Shown here one piece after another: positions 32,841 to 44,990 of a DNA stretch of 64,000 nucleotides (the stretch's first letter is position 1; each line of letters begins with the position of its first letter). The stretch spans positions 496,001 through 560,000 of the forward strand of contig NW_024704744.1 in the NCBI RefSeq assembly GCF_018977255.1, read 5' to 3'. This stretch comes from Callorhinchus milii (taxonomy: Eukaryota). The notes below the pieces were generated by a model. It saw only the letters and a list, made by a program, of their open reading frames with translations, did not search any database and was not told where the DNA came from. The translations under genes were made by a program, and so were the position numbers.

Positions 32841-35800
32841 GTACGACCATAGTGATGGGCTTCTGAGTGTGTCAGACACCCGGGTGACCAGAAAAATCAT
32901 CTCAAGCACTTTGCAATGTACCTATAAATACAGTGTATATATGTAATATACAGTCAAATCACTTTAAGGTATATTCTGTGAACCGCTTTGAGTTGTCTCA
33001 ATGATGTGATAAGGCGCCATATCCAATGTAAGGATTATTATTATTACCGCCTGAGGTGAAAGGCGTGGAATCGAATGTAAGAGTTATTGTTGTATCAATG
33101 GTTGCCAACAGGTTTTCCTGACTGTGAACGGCCGGGAGGAGGTGGGGTTGGTGGAGACCCACAACAAGGAGAGGAATGAAGTGCAGGTCCACGTGGCCGG
33201 CCTTGGGGTGCGGACCCTGCGCCGGATCGAGGAGCTGCGGCTGATGGAGAGTCGGCGGTCTCCACGGCTACAGGAGCTGGAGCGCGAGCACACGCGAGCT
33301 GGGCCACCCGAACACAGCGTGGGGGGAACTTCCTCTGGGATCGATGTCCCCACACGGTGAGAGAGACCGTTATCGGATCCAATCTCTTAACTGTGCTCAA
33401 CTGAGACTAATGGTGCTCACTCCCCACTGGAGCTCTCTACTGTGACCCCATTCTCTGCTCTCTCTCTCCCCATCGTGTCTGTGCTGGTGCTCGCTCCCCC
33501 ACTGGAGCTCTCTACTCTAACCCCATTCTCTGCTCTCTCTCTCTCCCCATCGTGTCTGTGCTGGTGCTCACTCCCCACTGGAGCTCTCTACTCTAACCAC
33601 ATTCTCTGCTCTCTTTCTCTCCCCACCGTGTCTGTGCTGGGGCTCACTCCCCACTGGAGCTCTCTACTCTAACCCCATTTCCTGCTCTCTCTTGGTCCCG
33701 ACTGGAGCTCTCTACTCATAACCCCATTCTTTGCTCTCTTTCCATCGTGTCTGAGCTGGTGCTCGCTCCCCACTAGAGTTTTCTACTCCTAACACCTTCC
33801 CCATTATGTCTTTTCTGGTACTCCAAATATGGTCTAACCAAGTTTTTGTATGAATGTAACATCATTTCCCTATGAGGAATATACTCTGGGAATAAACTCT
33901 ACAACGGCCCTGTTTGCATTCTTTATGGCCTCATCACCTGTGTTAGTTTTAATCTTTGATCACTGGTTCCTGTTCCCATTCAGGCTCCTACCATACAGGG
34001 AAGAATCTTCCTGCACATTTCTGTATGTTAACTGTCTGTGGATTATAGTGAAGGTTATTTGTGGGGACAGGACAGGACTGTCTGTCTGCGGCTGTGGGAA
34101 GTGTTGTTACACTCTATTCATGACGTGTTTATTTTTTGCTCTCAGGAAGTCAGAGGGAGTGGACGAGATCATGGCAGCCATGGTGCTCACCAGCTTGTCC
34201 TGTAGCCCTTCCACCAACAGCACCTGGACAGGTAGGTACACACTGACCAGCTCCAGCATTACTGTCGCTCACCCCCCCTCACCCCCCAATAAGCTTTCTC
34301 TACACTGTCCGTCCACACCCCCAGGTCAGTGGTAGCACAGGGTTAAGGTCAGAGGAAAGCTCCCACTGCTTTGCCCACTCCTGTTTGACATTCCGGTTTC
34401 TCTCTCTCGACAGAAAGTGATACTTGTGTGTTATTGCGAATATATTGGAGCCTCAGTTGACATTGTGTTCGAGCCTCGCTGGTGTTTGATACTCGTGCGC
34501 AGCAGGATTCTGACGCTGCCTGTGCTCTTGTTTGGTGTTTGGGTGCCACCTACACATGGAAATTTCCCCATGTCTGGAATGGAGTGTGCACACTCTCCCT
34601 GGAGGGATGCATTCTGCTTACGTAATTCCAGAGGATATTAATAATAATAAGAATAAGAATCCTTGCATTTGATATAACGCTTTTCAAGTCTTCTCGACAT
34701 CTCAAAGCGCTTCACAGAATAGACTGTAAAGTAAATTGACCGTATATTTGTGGGCGAGTTAGGTGCAAGTTGGCAAGAGCCAAGGCTTGGGGAGCTGCTG
34801 GAGTCTAATCAACTAAAAATACATCGCTTGCCATTGATAGCATTGTCTGGAAAGCTTTCCTAGTGCTTGTCCAGCTTGGACCATCCTGCCCGTTAGGGCT
34901 TTGGTTTGCAGGGTGGAACCTGGTGGCACAACAACAACAAGATTACATTTGTATAGCGCCTTTCATGCCAGGAGGACGTCCCAAGGACTTCAGACCCTAG
35001 CTGGGGTCAGGGGGGAGAAGGGAGGGGAAGGTGGGTCACTAATGGCAGGGTCGAAGAGGAGGGTTTTGAGGCAGGATTTGAAAGGCTAAGGAGGGGGCGA
35101 GGCGGAGTGATTGGGGGATGGAGTTTCAGAGGTTGGGGGCAGAGTGGCTGATGGCTCTCCCGCCAATGGTTGGGCGGGTGGGTCGGGGGTTATGAAGCAG
35201 GCCGGAGCCGGCTGAGCGGAGGGAGCGGGCAGGTTGGTAGGCGGTTAACAGGTCACAGAGATGGGGTGGAGCCAGGATTATGAACTGGATCCTCTGAAGG
35301 ATATGGAGCCAATGAAGTCGGGCGAGAATGGGGGAGATGGGGCCACGGAGTTTGGTGCAGGAGAGGACACGGGCGGCAGAGTTCTGGATTATCTGCAGCT
35401 GTGGAGGGAGGAGTTGGGAAGGCGTTTGCATAGTCGAGCCTGGAGGTGATGAAGGTATGAACAAGAGTTTCAGCGCCTGAGGGGTGAGGTAGTGGCGGAG
35501 TCGGGTGATGTTACGGAGGTGAGGGAAGGCAGAGCGGGTCATGGCTTGAATGTGGGGAAGAAAAGACAGTTGAGAGTCAAACAAGACACCAAAGTTCCTG
35601 ACTGACGGTGAGTTGTAGTGTACACCATGGAGGGTGATGTTGCCAGAGCCTGAGGTGCGGAGGCGCTGGTGTGAGCCAATCAGGAGGGCCTCAGTCTTGT
35701 TCACATTCAACTGTAGGAAGTTTGCGCTCATCCAGGATTTGATGTCCGACAGACAGTCTGTCAGGACAGCAGTGGTCCTGGAGTTGAGAGTTGAGGCAGA

Positions 35801-38800
35801 AAGATGGAGTTGGGTGTCATCCGCATACATATGGAGGTTGACCCCATGACTGTGGCTGATGTCACCAAGGGGGAGCATGTAGATATTAAAGAGGAGACAA
35901 GTGGAGAGCCCTGGGGGAAGCCAGACATGACAGTGCGGGGGCTGAGGGGAAACCGTTAGAGGCAACAAAGTGGAGACGGTGAGAGAGATAGGATCGAGCC
36001 AGGCAAGGGCAGATCTGTGAAGATTGAGTAAGGAGGAGAGGCGGTGTATGAGGATGGAGTGGTCGACATTGTCGAAGGCGGCAGAGAGGTCGAGGAGGAC
36101 AAGGAGGCAGAGGGAGCCCTGATCACAGATGTTCAGAATGTCATGAGTGACTGTGACCAGGGCTGTTTCCGTGCTGTGGGAATGGCGAGAGAGAAAGGAG
36201 CGGAGCTGGGACGCGACGACCCGTTCCAGGACCTTGGAGAGGAATGGGAGGTTAGAGATGGGGCAGTAGCTGGAGAGTAGGGATAGGTCCAGGGAACTGA
36301 ACCGGTTGATAAGGAGAGGTTGATGATGTCAGACAGGAGAGGGGCCAGAAGGTGGAGCTGGAAGATGAGGAGAGAGGTGGGGATGGGATCAAGGAGCCGG
36401 TTGTAGGTTTGAATTTGCGAACAGCCGCGGAGAGGGAGGAGGGAGAGATAGGGTCGAAGGAGTATAGGGGGGGATGGGTGGGGGGGTGGATCATGAGGGA
36501 GAGGTGATGTGGGGGTGGCTGTGGATGGGGCAGAGGTGGCTGAGCGAATCCCCTCGATTTGGGTTTTGAGGAAGTCCAGCATCTTTTCACAGTTGGAGTT
36601 TGAGGAGAGGATGGACGAGGTATGGGAAGGTGGACGGAGGAGACGATTTGTGGTGGAAAAGAGAAGCCGGGGGTTGCCTTTGCCTCCAAGATAACCTTAG
36701 TGTAGAAGGAGGATTTGGCGGATGCAAGAGCGCAGCGGTAGGTCTTGGTATGGTGAAGCCAGATCTGCCGATGGACCGTTAGTTTGGATTTGGTCGAGGT
36801 GCATTCGGCAGCTCGCACTTGTGCCTTGAGGGAACGGAGATGGTTGGTGTACCAGGGGCATTTACGGAAGTACGAGGCAGTTCGGGAGGTGAGGGGAGCA
36901 AGGGAGTCCACAGCAACAACTTGGATTTATATAGCACCCTCCACGCCGGATAGCATCTCAGAGCGCTTTACAGTAACGGATCTGTCCAGAATGGAGGAGA
37001 GGTAGTTGTGGAGAAAAGAGAGTGAGGAGGGGAGATCGGTCAGGGAGGGTCAGAGGTGAAGGGGTTCAGATGACTCCAGGGCAGTGGAGAGGGAGGAAAG
37101 TTTTTTCCACGGACGGTATTTGATGGTGGAGGGTTGAGAAAGGGGAAGGGGTACCGAGGTGTTGAGGGAGATGAAGTGGTGGTCCGAGATGGTTTCCCAG
37201 TACTGCTGATTTAATCTCGCCTTGACCCAGGCGGGTATACACACTGATGCTCTTCTGTTATAGGGCCCCCACACAGCTCGGGGAGGGGGGAGAACGGGAA
37301 GCATCGATGCAGAGCTGGTAGCAGCTGGGGCAGGAACCAAGCTTGCAACTCAGGCTCCCCCTCTCCTCCTCACCTCCCGCTCTCTGACACAAACCCTCCT
37401 GAGGATCTCACTGACCTGCCCGACACCCACCAGCTCCTCTTTGAGGAACACCTGCCCAGAAAGAGAAAGGTGAGTTCACAAGAGGTAGTGTGACGGTGGT
37501 GACGTCATGACCAGTGTCAGGGAGCGTTGTATTTTATACCCAGTGCTTCAATATTTAGAGTTGGGGCTTCTCAAGTCGGGAGGACATAACCAATATCCCG
37601 TTTATATTAACAAATTTAAAATACATACTTCTCGAAATAACTTTAAAACATTTAATGGACATGAGTTCATATTTTGACAACACTCCAAAGCCTTAAGTTA
37701 AATCAGAGTTGTAATACATAAAATGTATATGGTTTGAGCAGAGGAGTGAGCTGACCCACTTATTTGTTATAAGGCCCTTCCGAGGTGCAACTCTTTATTA
37801 AGAGCTAGTAACCCGAGGCAGAGGATAACCTTTAGTTCACCACCTCGAGGAGCACAAAGCATGTGGTTCCGCTCACCATATGGTGCGAATGTGAGGGTTT
37901 TTTCCCACACTGGGGCCCGCGTGTTATATTACTCTGCAGGCTGCTGGTTAGAGCTTCTTAGCTGACTGTCAATCGAGCCGCCCTGGATCAATACATCCTT
38001 GCACATGTGTGTAGGCTGCTCCCCCCCCTCTCTCCCCGTGGTCCTGATCAACCCCACTCCCCCGCGCTCTCACCATAGCCCTGATCAAGCCCTCTCGCCT
38101 GCTCTCCCCATAGCCCTGATCAACCCCACTCCCCCGCGCTCTCACCATAGCCCTGATCAACCCCACTCCCCCACTCTCTCCCCACAGTCGTGATTTATTT
38201 ATTGGGACCACTGCTCGCTAACTCTGTGCTGCAAAGCAGCCTCTGCAACATGGAATCTTATAGAACCCATTTAAAGGGGCAGAGTTGCCCATTTCCCCGC
38301 GTGGGTGGATATAACTGTGTAATATTATTTCAACATTTCGAAAGACTGTAAGAACAGGGTAACCGTGACACTCCGTCCAAACGAGTTTGCAGGTTCCCTG
38401 GTCATGACGTTACAACTGCCACAGTAGTGAGTGTGCGAGTGGGTGAGTGAGTGTTCACCAGAGGTAGTGAGTGTGCTATTATGTGAGTGAGTGTGAATTC
38501 TCTCGACTGATCCCTTCTCTTTCTCCGTCTCCATGTTTCCCACTCTTTCTCTCTCTTCCTCCCTCTTTCTGTCTCCTTTTCTCTCTGAGGTTGTGGGGTT
38601 GAGGTGGATGTCAACCACTGCCTGGCCATTATCCTGAAAGACGGAGCTGAGAAGGTCAAAGGGCGTCCTGGCCTTGCTCGTCCCACTTCAAGGACAGCAA
38701 GGTCTCAATGCAGGTCAAGCTTGTAGCATATAAGACCTGTGTACAAACAGTTCTCCTGTATGGATCCGAGCTCCTGGGGATGCAGTGGAAAGGCTTCTTC

Positions 38801-41800
38801 CGACCCATTTGCAGAAGTCCAGGATCGAGCAGTGAGATGGATTTGTAGCAAACATGGGAAGTGGCTGCAGGGAGGGCTCCGGCCAACACTAACCTGTCGC
38901 TAAACACCCTGTCGGCGGAGTGAGCTTCACAGTGAGCATGTCTATTTGCCAAGGCCCCTCACATGAGCACCCGGCTCAGCAGCTGGTGCTGAGTTAGCCT
39001 GGTACACGGCATTGGACTTGGATCTCGAAAATATAAAGGAGATTGGCATGACACAAGCTGTCCTGTAAAGGTCATCCCGCCACGCTGAACGCAAATTCCC
39101 AGCACACAGGTGATGAGGAAGCTGTTAGGCTTGGGGCGACAGCTGTTGGAAGGTGTTTCCTGGAGTCTGACCTCATCAACACATGTTCATACATCCACCT
39201 CGATTGGCTTCCTAGGCGCAAGCAGCTGCTGCATAAACTCATCACCTTTATGTGGTGGAACCATCGCTCAATGGGAATGGACTTTTGCCTGAACTGCGGA
39301 CAGGAAGATGGTGCCAATGCTCTCACGCATTTCATGCTCAGCTGTGTTGCCCACCAGGAATCTCGCAGGGAGTTCCTGGTATCTGCCACAGTGAGGCTCA
39401 AACCCACACTTGTTGGATGTCAATGACCAATTAGTGACGGTCCTCCTTGTGGGGAGGTAAGCGAGGTGTCCTTGGAGCTGAACTGACGTTAATATAGAAT
39501 ATTTGGCATAGAATGTCGGAATCGAGCCCTCTGAGACAGCCTCTAGTTCCTGAGCTGGGCAGGTCCCACAGTATTCCAGGGCACTGTTGATTTACCATAG
39601 CCAGCCTGGCTCACAGGCAGACCTGGAAGGGCAGACCAGTCACTGGTGCCAGAGAGTTATCACTCTCAGCTCCTGTTAACCCTGCAAGCCAGAGCCCCCA
39701 CTCCCTCCCTCCCTCCCTCCCTCCCTCCCTCTCTTCGCTCATCCTTTCCCACTTGATCCTCTCCTTCATCTGATTCCTCCTCTTGTTGCCTTGCTCCCTC
39801 TCTCTCTCTCTGTCTATCTTCTGCTCTCTGTCTCTCAAGCGTACGATTCTGTTTCTCATTCTCTTACTCCCGATTATCTCTCTCTCTCTCTCTCTCTGTT
39901 TGTCTTCTCTATCTTTTTGATCCTCGTCAGTCTCTCACTCCTTTTCCTCTGTCTCTCATCCTCTCACTGCTGCCCTTTCCTTCTCTCTCTCTCTCTCTCC
40001 TGATCCTCTCTCTTGATTCGGTTTCTCTCTCGCTTGTTCTCTCGCTCCAGATCCCTCTCACTCGTTCTCTCAATCCTGATCGCTCCTCTTCCATTCTCTC
40101 GCTCTGAACCTCTCCCTCTTACAGAACTCAGTGAAGATAATGTACAAGTGTATGTGGCCCGACTGCTCTAAGCTTCTATGCTCCACAGTGGGAATCCGGA
40201 GACACATCCGCACTGTGCATCTCGGGTAGGTGGGGGCTTGGCTGGGGGGGGGGGGGTTTACTTTATTATGAATAAAATCCTTGCATTTTATTTAGTCACT
40301 CACATCAAGAGCACAATCTCAAAGCGTATTGTTGGTTGATCAACCGGGAGGTCCACCGGGATATGGGAACCCATCACGATGCTTAAAAGCATTCAAACCA
40401 AACTGAGATTTCCATGTGTGTCACTTATACTTAGAAATTCCTGTGTATTGGACCATTGTACTGTTAGGGCTTTGGCTGGAAGGGTTAACAGGAGAGAAGT
40501 GGGAGGATTCCCTGTCCCCAGTGACTGGTCTGCCCTTCCAGGTCCGGACAATGAGTCAGATTGGGCTGTACTGTTATCAGCAGCGCCATGGAATACTGTG
40601 GACCCGCCAGGCTCAGGAACTGGACTAGAAACCGGCACAGAGGTGGGGGGAACTTGATTCCGATACTCCATTGCCAAGTATGCCAGTTTGGCTCTTCAGA
40701 GACCCCGATCATGTCATCAAAAGTTCTGAAAAACCCTTCACAGGATTTTACTGCTATGTGAAAGGTGCCATATTAATGCAAGATGTTGTTAGGGCAACAA
40801 CAACAACTTGCATTTACACAGCACCCCTCAGCAGGGTATTGTTGTTGAGCGCTTGACAGTGGGGGAGCCCGAGGCCGAGCTGGTGGTAGGGTATCGTACA
40901 TACGGTTGAAGAGGAAAGTCTTCAGGCCCTTAATGTGGGGAATGAGGGAGTAAGACGGAGGGATAGAGGAAAAGTGTTCCATAGTTTCAGGGCTTAATGG
41001 CTGAAAGCACAGCCCCGATGTGGAACGAAGGGCTTGAGGAACATCATAGAATCGTACAGCACAGAAAGAGGCCATTCGGCCCATCGTGTCTGACCGGCTC
41101 CAAAAAGAGCAATCCAACTCAATCCCACCGGCCCGCTTTCTCTCCATAGCCCTGCAATCCTGTCCTCCCCAAATACCCATCTACTTCGCTCTTAAAAGTT
41201 GTTATTGAATCGGCTTCCAATATCCTTTCAGGTAAAGCATTCCAGCTCCGAACAACTCGCCGGGTGAAAACATCTTTCCTAACCTCACCTATGTTTCTTT
41301 TAATACCTATCTTAAATTGGTGTCCTCGGGTTACTGATCCTCATGCCAGCAGAAACAGTTTTTCCCGGTTCAACCTATCAAATCCTCTCATGATCTTGAA
41401 AAGCTCTATTAAATCCCCTCTTAATTTTCTCTGCTCTCGGGAGAATAATCCTAGTTTTGCTAACCTCCTCATAACTAAGGTCCTTCATTCCTGGTACCAT
41501 CGGGTAAACCTCCTTTGCACCCTCTCCAATGCCCGAACATCTTTCCTAAAGTGCGGTGCCCAGAACTTTCCAACTGAGGCCTAACCAGCATTTTATAAAT
41601 ATTCAACATAACTTCCAGACTTTTAAATTCTATGCCCCTATTTATATTCCGTATACTTTTTTAACAGCTTTATCTACCTTTCCTTCCAGCTTCAGAGATT
41701 TGCTTATGTGGACCCCCAGGTCTCTCTGTTCCTTCACCTCCTTTAAGATTGTACCATCAGCTAATACCGCCTCTCCTCATTCTTCCTACCGAAATACAAC

Positions 41801-44800
41801 ACTTCGCATTTCTCCACATTGAACCTCATCTGCCACGTTTCTGCCCATTTTACCAATCTGTCCTTAAGACAGGTGGCAGACTCCTCTTGGAGTCTGGTGC
41901 TGTCCTCCTCACCATGAACTACTTTTCCTAGCTTAGTATCATCTGCAGATTTGGAAATTGTGCTCCCTATATCCAGGTCCAGATCATTAATATAGATCAG
42001 AAAGAGCAGTGGTTCCTATAACGACCCCTGAGGGACACCACTACACACTTCCCTCCAGTCAGAAAAGCAACCGTTTACTACCACTCTCTGCTTTCTGTCT
42101 CCTCACCAGTTCTGGATCCACGTTACCACAGTCCCTTTAACACCGTGGGCTTCTATTTTGTTTCTAAGTCTCTTATGCAGCACTTTATCAAATGCTTTTT
42201 GAAAATCCATATAAACTACATCTATAATAATAATAATCCTTGCATTTGATATAGCGCTTTTCACGTCTGGAGGACATCCCAAAGCGCTTCACAGAACACA
42301 CTGTAAAGTGAATTGACTGTATATTTGTGGGCGAACGCGGCAGCCAATTGCGCACAGCAATGTCCCACAAACAGTCGTAGATTGAAATGACCAATTTATT
42401 TTTGGTTTTGGAGGATTATTATTAGGCTCTGTGTGGAGTAAGGAAACTGCCTGAGGTTTCACCCTCTGCCTGGAATTGAACTCGGGTCTCTCGCTTGCAA
42501 AGCGAGTGCTCTAACCACTGATCTACAGGACTCCACATCTACTGCACTACCTTCATCCACCCGCTCAGTCACTTCATCAAAACATTCTATTGGGTTTGTC
42601 AGACACGATCTGCCTTTAACAAATCCGTGTTCACTGTCCTTTATTAAACCATATTTTTCTAAGTGAGAATTTATATTGTCCCGGATTATAGTCTCCAGAA
42701 GTCTCCCTACTACTGATGTTAGGCTGACTGGCCTGGAGTTCCCAGGTTTATCCTTCTGCCCCTTTTTGTACAGGGGAGTCACATTTGCAACCTCCCAGTC
42801 CTCTGGCACCACTCCAGTGTCCCAACAGGATTGAAGGATTGTGGCCAGAGCCTCCGCTATTCCCACCTTTGCTTCCCTCATAACCTCGGATGCATCCCAT
42901 CCGGACCAGGTGACTTATCTATGTTGAGCACCGACAGCCTTTTTAGTACCTCCTCTCTGTTGATTTTTATCATATCCGCGCCCTCGGGACCACCCTCCTA
43001 CATGCAGGAGGCCGGAGCCAGTCGAGCGGAGGTAAAGGGTAGTGGGTTGGGGAGTAAGCAGGTCAGAGAGGTAAGGAGGTGCCAGGATAAGGAGGGATTT
43101 GAAGACAAGTGTGAGGCTCTTGAAATTGATCCAATCTGTGATTGGGAGCCAGTGAAGCATGGCATGGCTCGGATGATGTGAGGGCAGGAGCAAAGTGACA
43201 ATGCTCTAAGTTTTCATGCTGAGCTGTGCTGCTCAGTTTGGTTTGGGGGATATCAAACATGGTGATGGGTTTCCGACTGTGTGGCCGTCACCATTACGTT
43301 AAAGTTGCTTCTCTTGACAGACGTAAGGCAGAGGCAGACCCGAGTGATGGGGAGGAAGATTTCTATTACACTGAGGTGCAAGAGACCAGCGAGGATCTAC
43401 CGGAGTACAGCAGTGTCCCGCGCTCTCTCTCCCCCCCTGGCTTCTTCCCACAGAACCCGCCGGGGGTCTCACCACCACTGCCTCACCATGAGGAGGTCTC
43501 AGATGTGCCCGTCTCAGCCTTTCTCAGCCAATCAGCTCCCAGTTGCCTGTGGCAGGTTTCTGCAGATCATCCCTACAAGGTAGGTGGGCTCTGAGCAGGG
43601 CATCGCCACTGTGTATTAATAAAAATAATAATCATCACATTTGATTTAGTGCCTTATCTCTATGAACATCCTCGTCCTCACCTTCAAGGCTTTAATGGCC
43701 TTGCCCCTTCCTAACTCTGTGACCTGCTGACCCCATATCAACCTGTCCGCTCCTGCCTACTCCACACCCCCCGCCCAGCCTGATCCACCATTGGCGGTTG
43801 GGACTCCAGCCTCTCTGCCCACTCATTGGAACTCCATTGCTCATTCCCTTCGCTTCCTCGCTTCAAGAGATTTCTCAAGACCCTCCTGTTCAACCGCACC
43901 CTCGGCCACCCTCCTATCCTCCCTGTCCTTCACCCACCCTGATTCCCAACCCCCCTAACTCGCATCCAAATCCCTGACTGTTCAGTGCCTTGAGACATCC
44001 TACCAATGTGAGAGGCGCTATACAAATGTCATTTTGTGTTGTATTGTCTGAAATTGCTTCACAGAATATACTGTAAAGTGAATTGACTGTATATTTTGTG
44101 GGCAAAACACAGCAGCCAATTGTACATAGCAGTTGTGGATTGAGTGACCAAATTATTATTTTTATTTACTTTTGCTATCCACGTAAACAATATAGAGCAG
44201 ATACAGTAGTTTATATAAAATATATATGATCCTATATGATAAAACCATATTATCCTATATAATAAAACCTCCTTGCGGCCTGGGCCTCACTTCATTTATA
44301 TAAATAAATATAGAGTTTAGTCCCTCGATTCCCCCCCGCCTTGCCCCTTCCTTTTCCACTTTCAGGTCATGCCCAAAGACTTTCTTCTACCTTGCTTACA
44401 GTCACCTCCCCCTTGCTCGATGTCAGCTCCACCATGGTTAAGCACTCCAAGACACGACCCTGCATGAGGGGCACTGTATAAGTGCAAAGTTGTTGTTGAC
44501 ATTGTGAGCAATGAGTCAGCGAACACCCCTAGATCTCCCTCAGTGATGTGCAAGCTGTTGGGAATATTTTGAAACATTTGGTTTCTGTTCCAGTTTTCCC
44601 CGGATCGTGGCTTCACCTTTGGGGACTGTATTTTCCCGGAGATGGTGACACCTCACATTGTGTTTGCTGCTTCACCCAAAGTCCCTGCTAGCCACCGGTG
44701 AGGAGATATGGTGGGAGGAGGCAGTGTTGGGGGGGGGGGCATGCATATGAGGGTGCATGGGGGAAGTGGGTAGCGCTGGGTGTGGGGGTGGGACTGTGGT

Positions 44801-44990
44801 GGCTTCCGGTGTCACCAAAGACTTGTGTTCTTCTGGTGAAAGTGTAAAATTCTTTTCCTTTTGTTTTGTTTTCTGAAGGAAAGTTCGAGGAGAGGCCAAG
44901 AAATGTCGCAAAGTTTATGGCCTGGAGAACAGGAGCCAGTGGTGCACGGCCTGCCGCTGGAAGAAAGCCTGTCAGCGCTTCCACGATTGA
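32589..44990 (+). CDS. ZNF395: ZNF395-like (ZNF395/ZNF704/SLC2A4RG family) C2H2 and C-clamp transcription factor; exons 32589-32840, 33112-33356, 34146-34231, 37264-37469, 40125-40225, 43321-43579, 44594-44697, 44879-44990 (1365 nt, 454 aa)
   Basis: All introns are GT-AG with matching phases (0,2,1,0,2,0,2). Hallmarks: [69 protein letters not shown]...[74 protein letters not shown]. Exact orthology versus a paralogue was not tested. Confidence 0.93.
33112..33356 (+). CDS. ZNF395: ZNF395-like coding exon 2
   Basis: caacAG|[18 protein letters not shown]...IDVPT(R)|GTGAGA; phase 0-2. Confidence 0.9.
33410..33790. repeat. About 70-bp tandem/dispersed repeat family (also about 705-790; opposite strand at 29335-29370, 31935-32090, 32485-32525)
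   Basis: Unit ctggagctctctactctaaccccattctctgctctctctccccatcgtgtctgtgctggtgctcactcccca, about 5 copies here. Confidence 0.85.
34146..34231 (+). CDS. ZNF395: ZNF395-like coding exon 3 (CR1 motif)
   Basis: ctcAG|[28 protein letters not shown]|GTAGGT; phase 2-1. Confidence 0.92.
34930..37050 (-). mobile_element. L2 LINE, long degenerate copy (pre-RT region through 3' end)
   Basis: Minus ORFs [22 protein letters not shown] and [23 protein letters not shown]...[24 protein letters not shown]. Confidence 0.9.
37264..37469 (+). CDS. ZNF395: ZNF395-like coding exon 4 (NLS)
   Basis: ctgttatAG|...SGSPSPPH...[12 protein letters not shown]|GTGAGT; phase 1-0. Confidence 0.88.
38640..39700 (+). mobile_element. 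Old non-LTR retrotransposon ORF2 C-terminus with CCHC knuckle and 3' UTR (clade unresolved; RTE-X/Nimb/I-like)
   Basis: Plus strand [18 protein letters not shown] (RT thumb-type motif), then [28 protein letters not shown] (C-x2-C...H-x4-C). Confidence 0.65.
40125..40225 (+). CDS. ZNF395: ZNF395-like coding exon 5 (C2H2 finger)
   Basis: ctcttacAG|[34 protein letters not shown]|GTAGGT; phase 0-2. Confidence 0.95.
41050..42900 (-). mobile_element. CR1 LINE RT-to-3' end, split by a SINE (42225-42536)
   Basis: [40 protein letters not shown]...[11 protein letters not shown]...EGSAVDV continues as [12 protein letters not shown] on the other side of the SINE. Confidence 0.9.
42225..42536 (-). mobile_element. 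Full-length tRNA-derived SINE with target-site duplication
   Basis: ACATCTA at 42218-42224 and 42535-42541 flanks the element; intact A/B-box head and (TTA)n tail. Confidence 0.92.
43321..43579 (+). CDS. ZNF395: ZNF395-like coding exon 6
   Basis: ctcttgacAG|[20 protein letters not shown]...[20 protein letters not shown]|GTAGGT; phase 2-0. Confidence 0.92.
44366..44436 (+). CDS. Candidate extra ZNF395-like exon with discordant phase (0-2)
   Basis: Strong acceptor cttttccactttcAG; reads [17 protein letters not shown]...; the only plausible donor is TG|GTTAAG at 44437, giving 71 nt. Confidence 0.45.
44594..44697 (+). CDS. ZNF395: ZNF395-like penultimate coding exon
   Basis: tttctgttccAG|[34 protein letters not shown](R)|GTGAGG; phase 0-2. 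Confidence 0.8.
44879..44990 (+). CDS. ZNF395: ZNF395-like last coding exon (C-clamp/CR3)
   Basis: ttttctgaAG|[36 protein letters not shown]; four conserved Cys. Confidence 0.95.
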
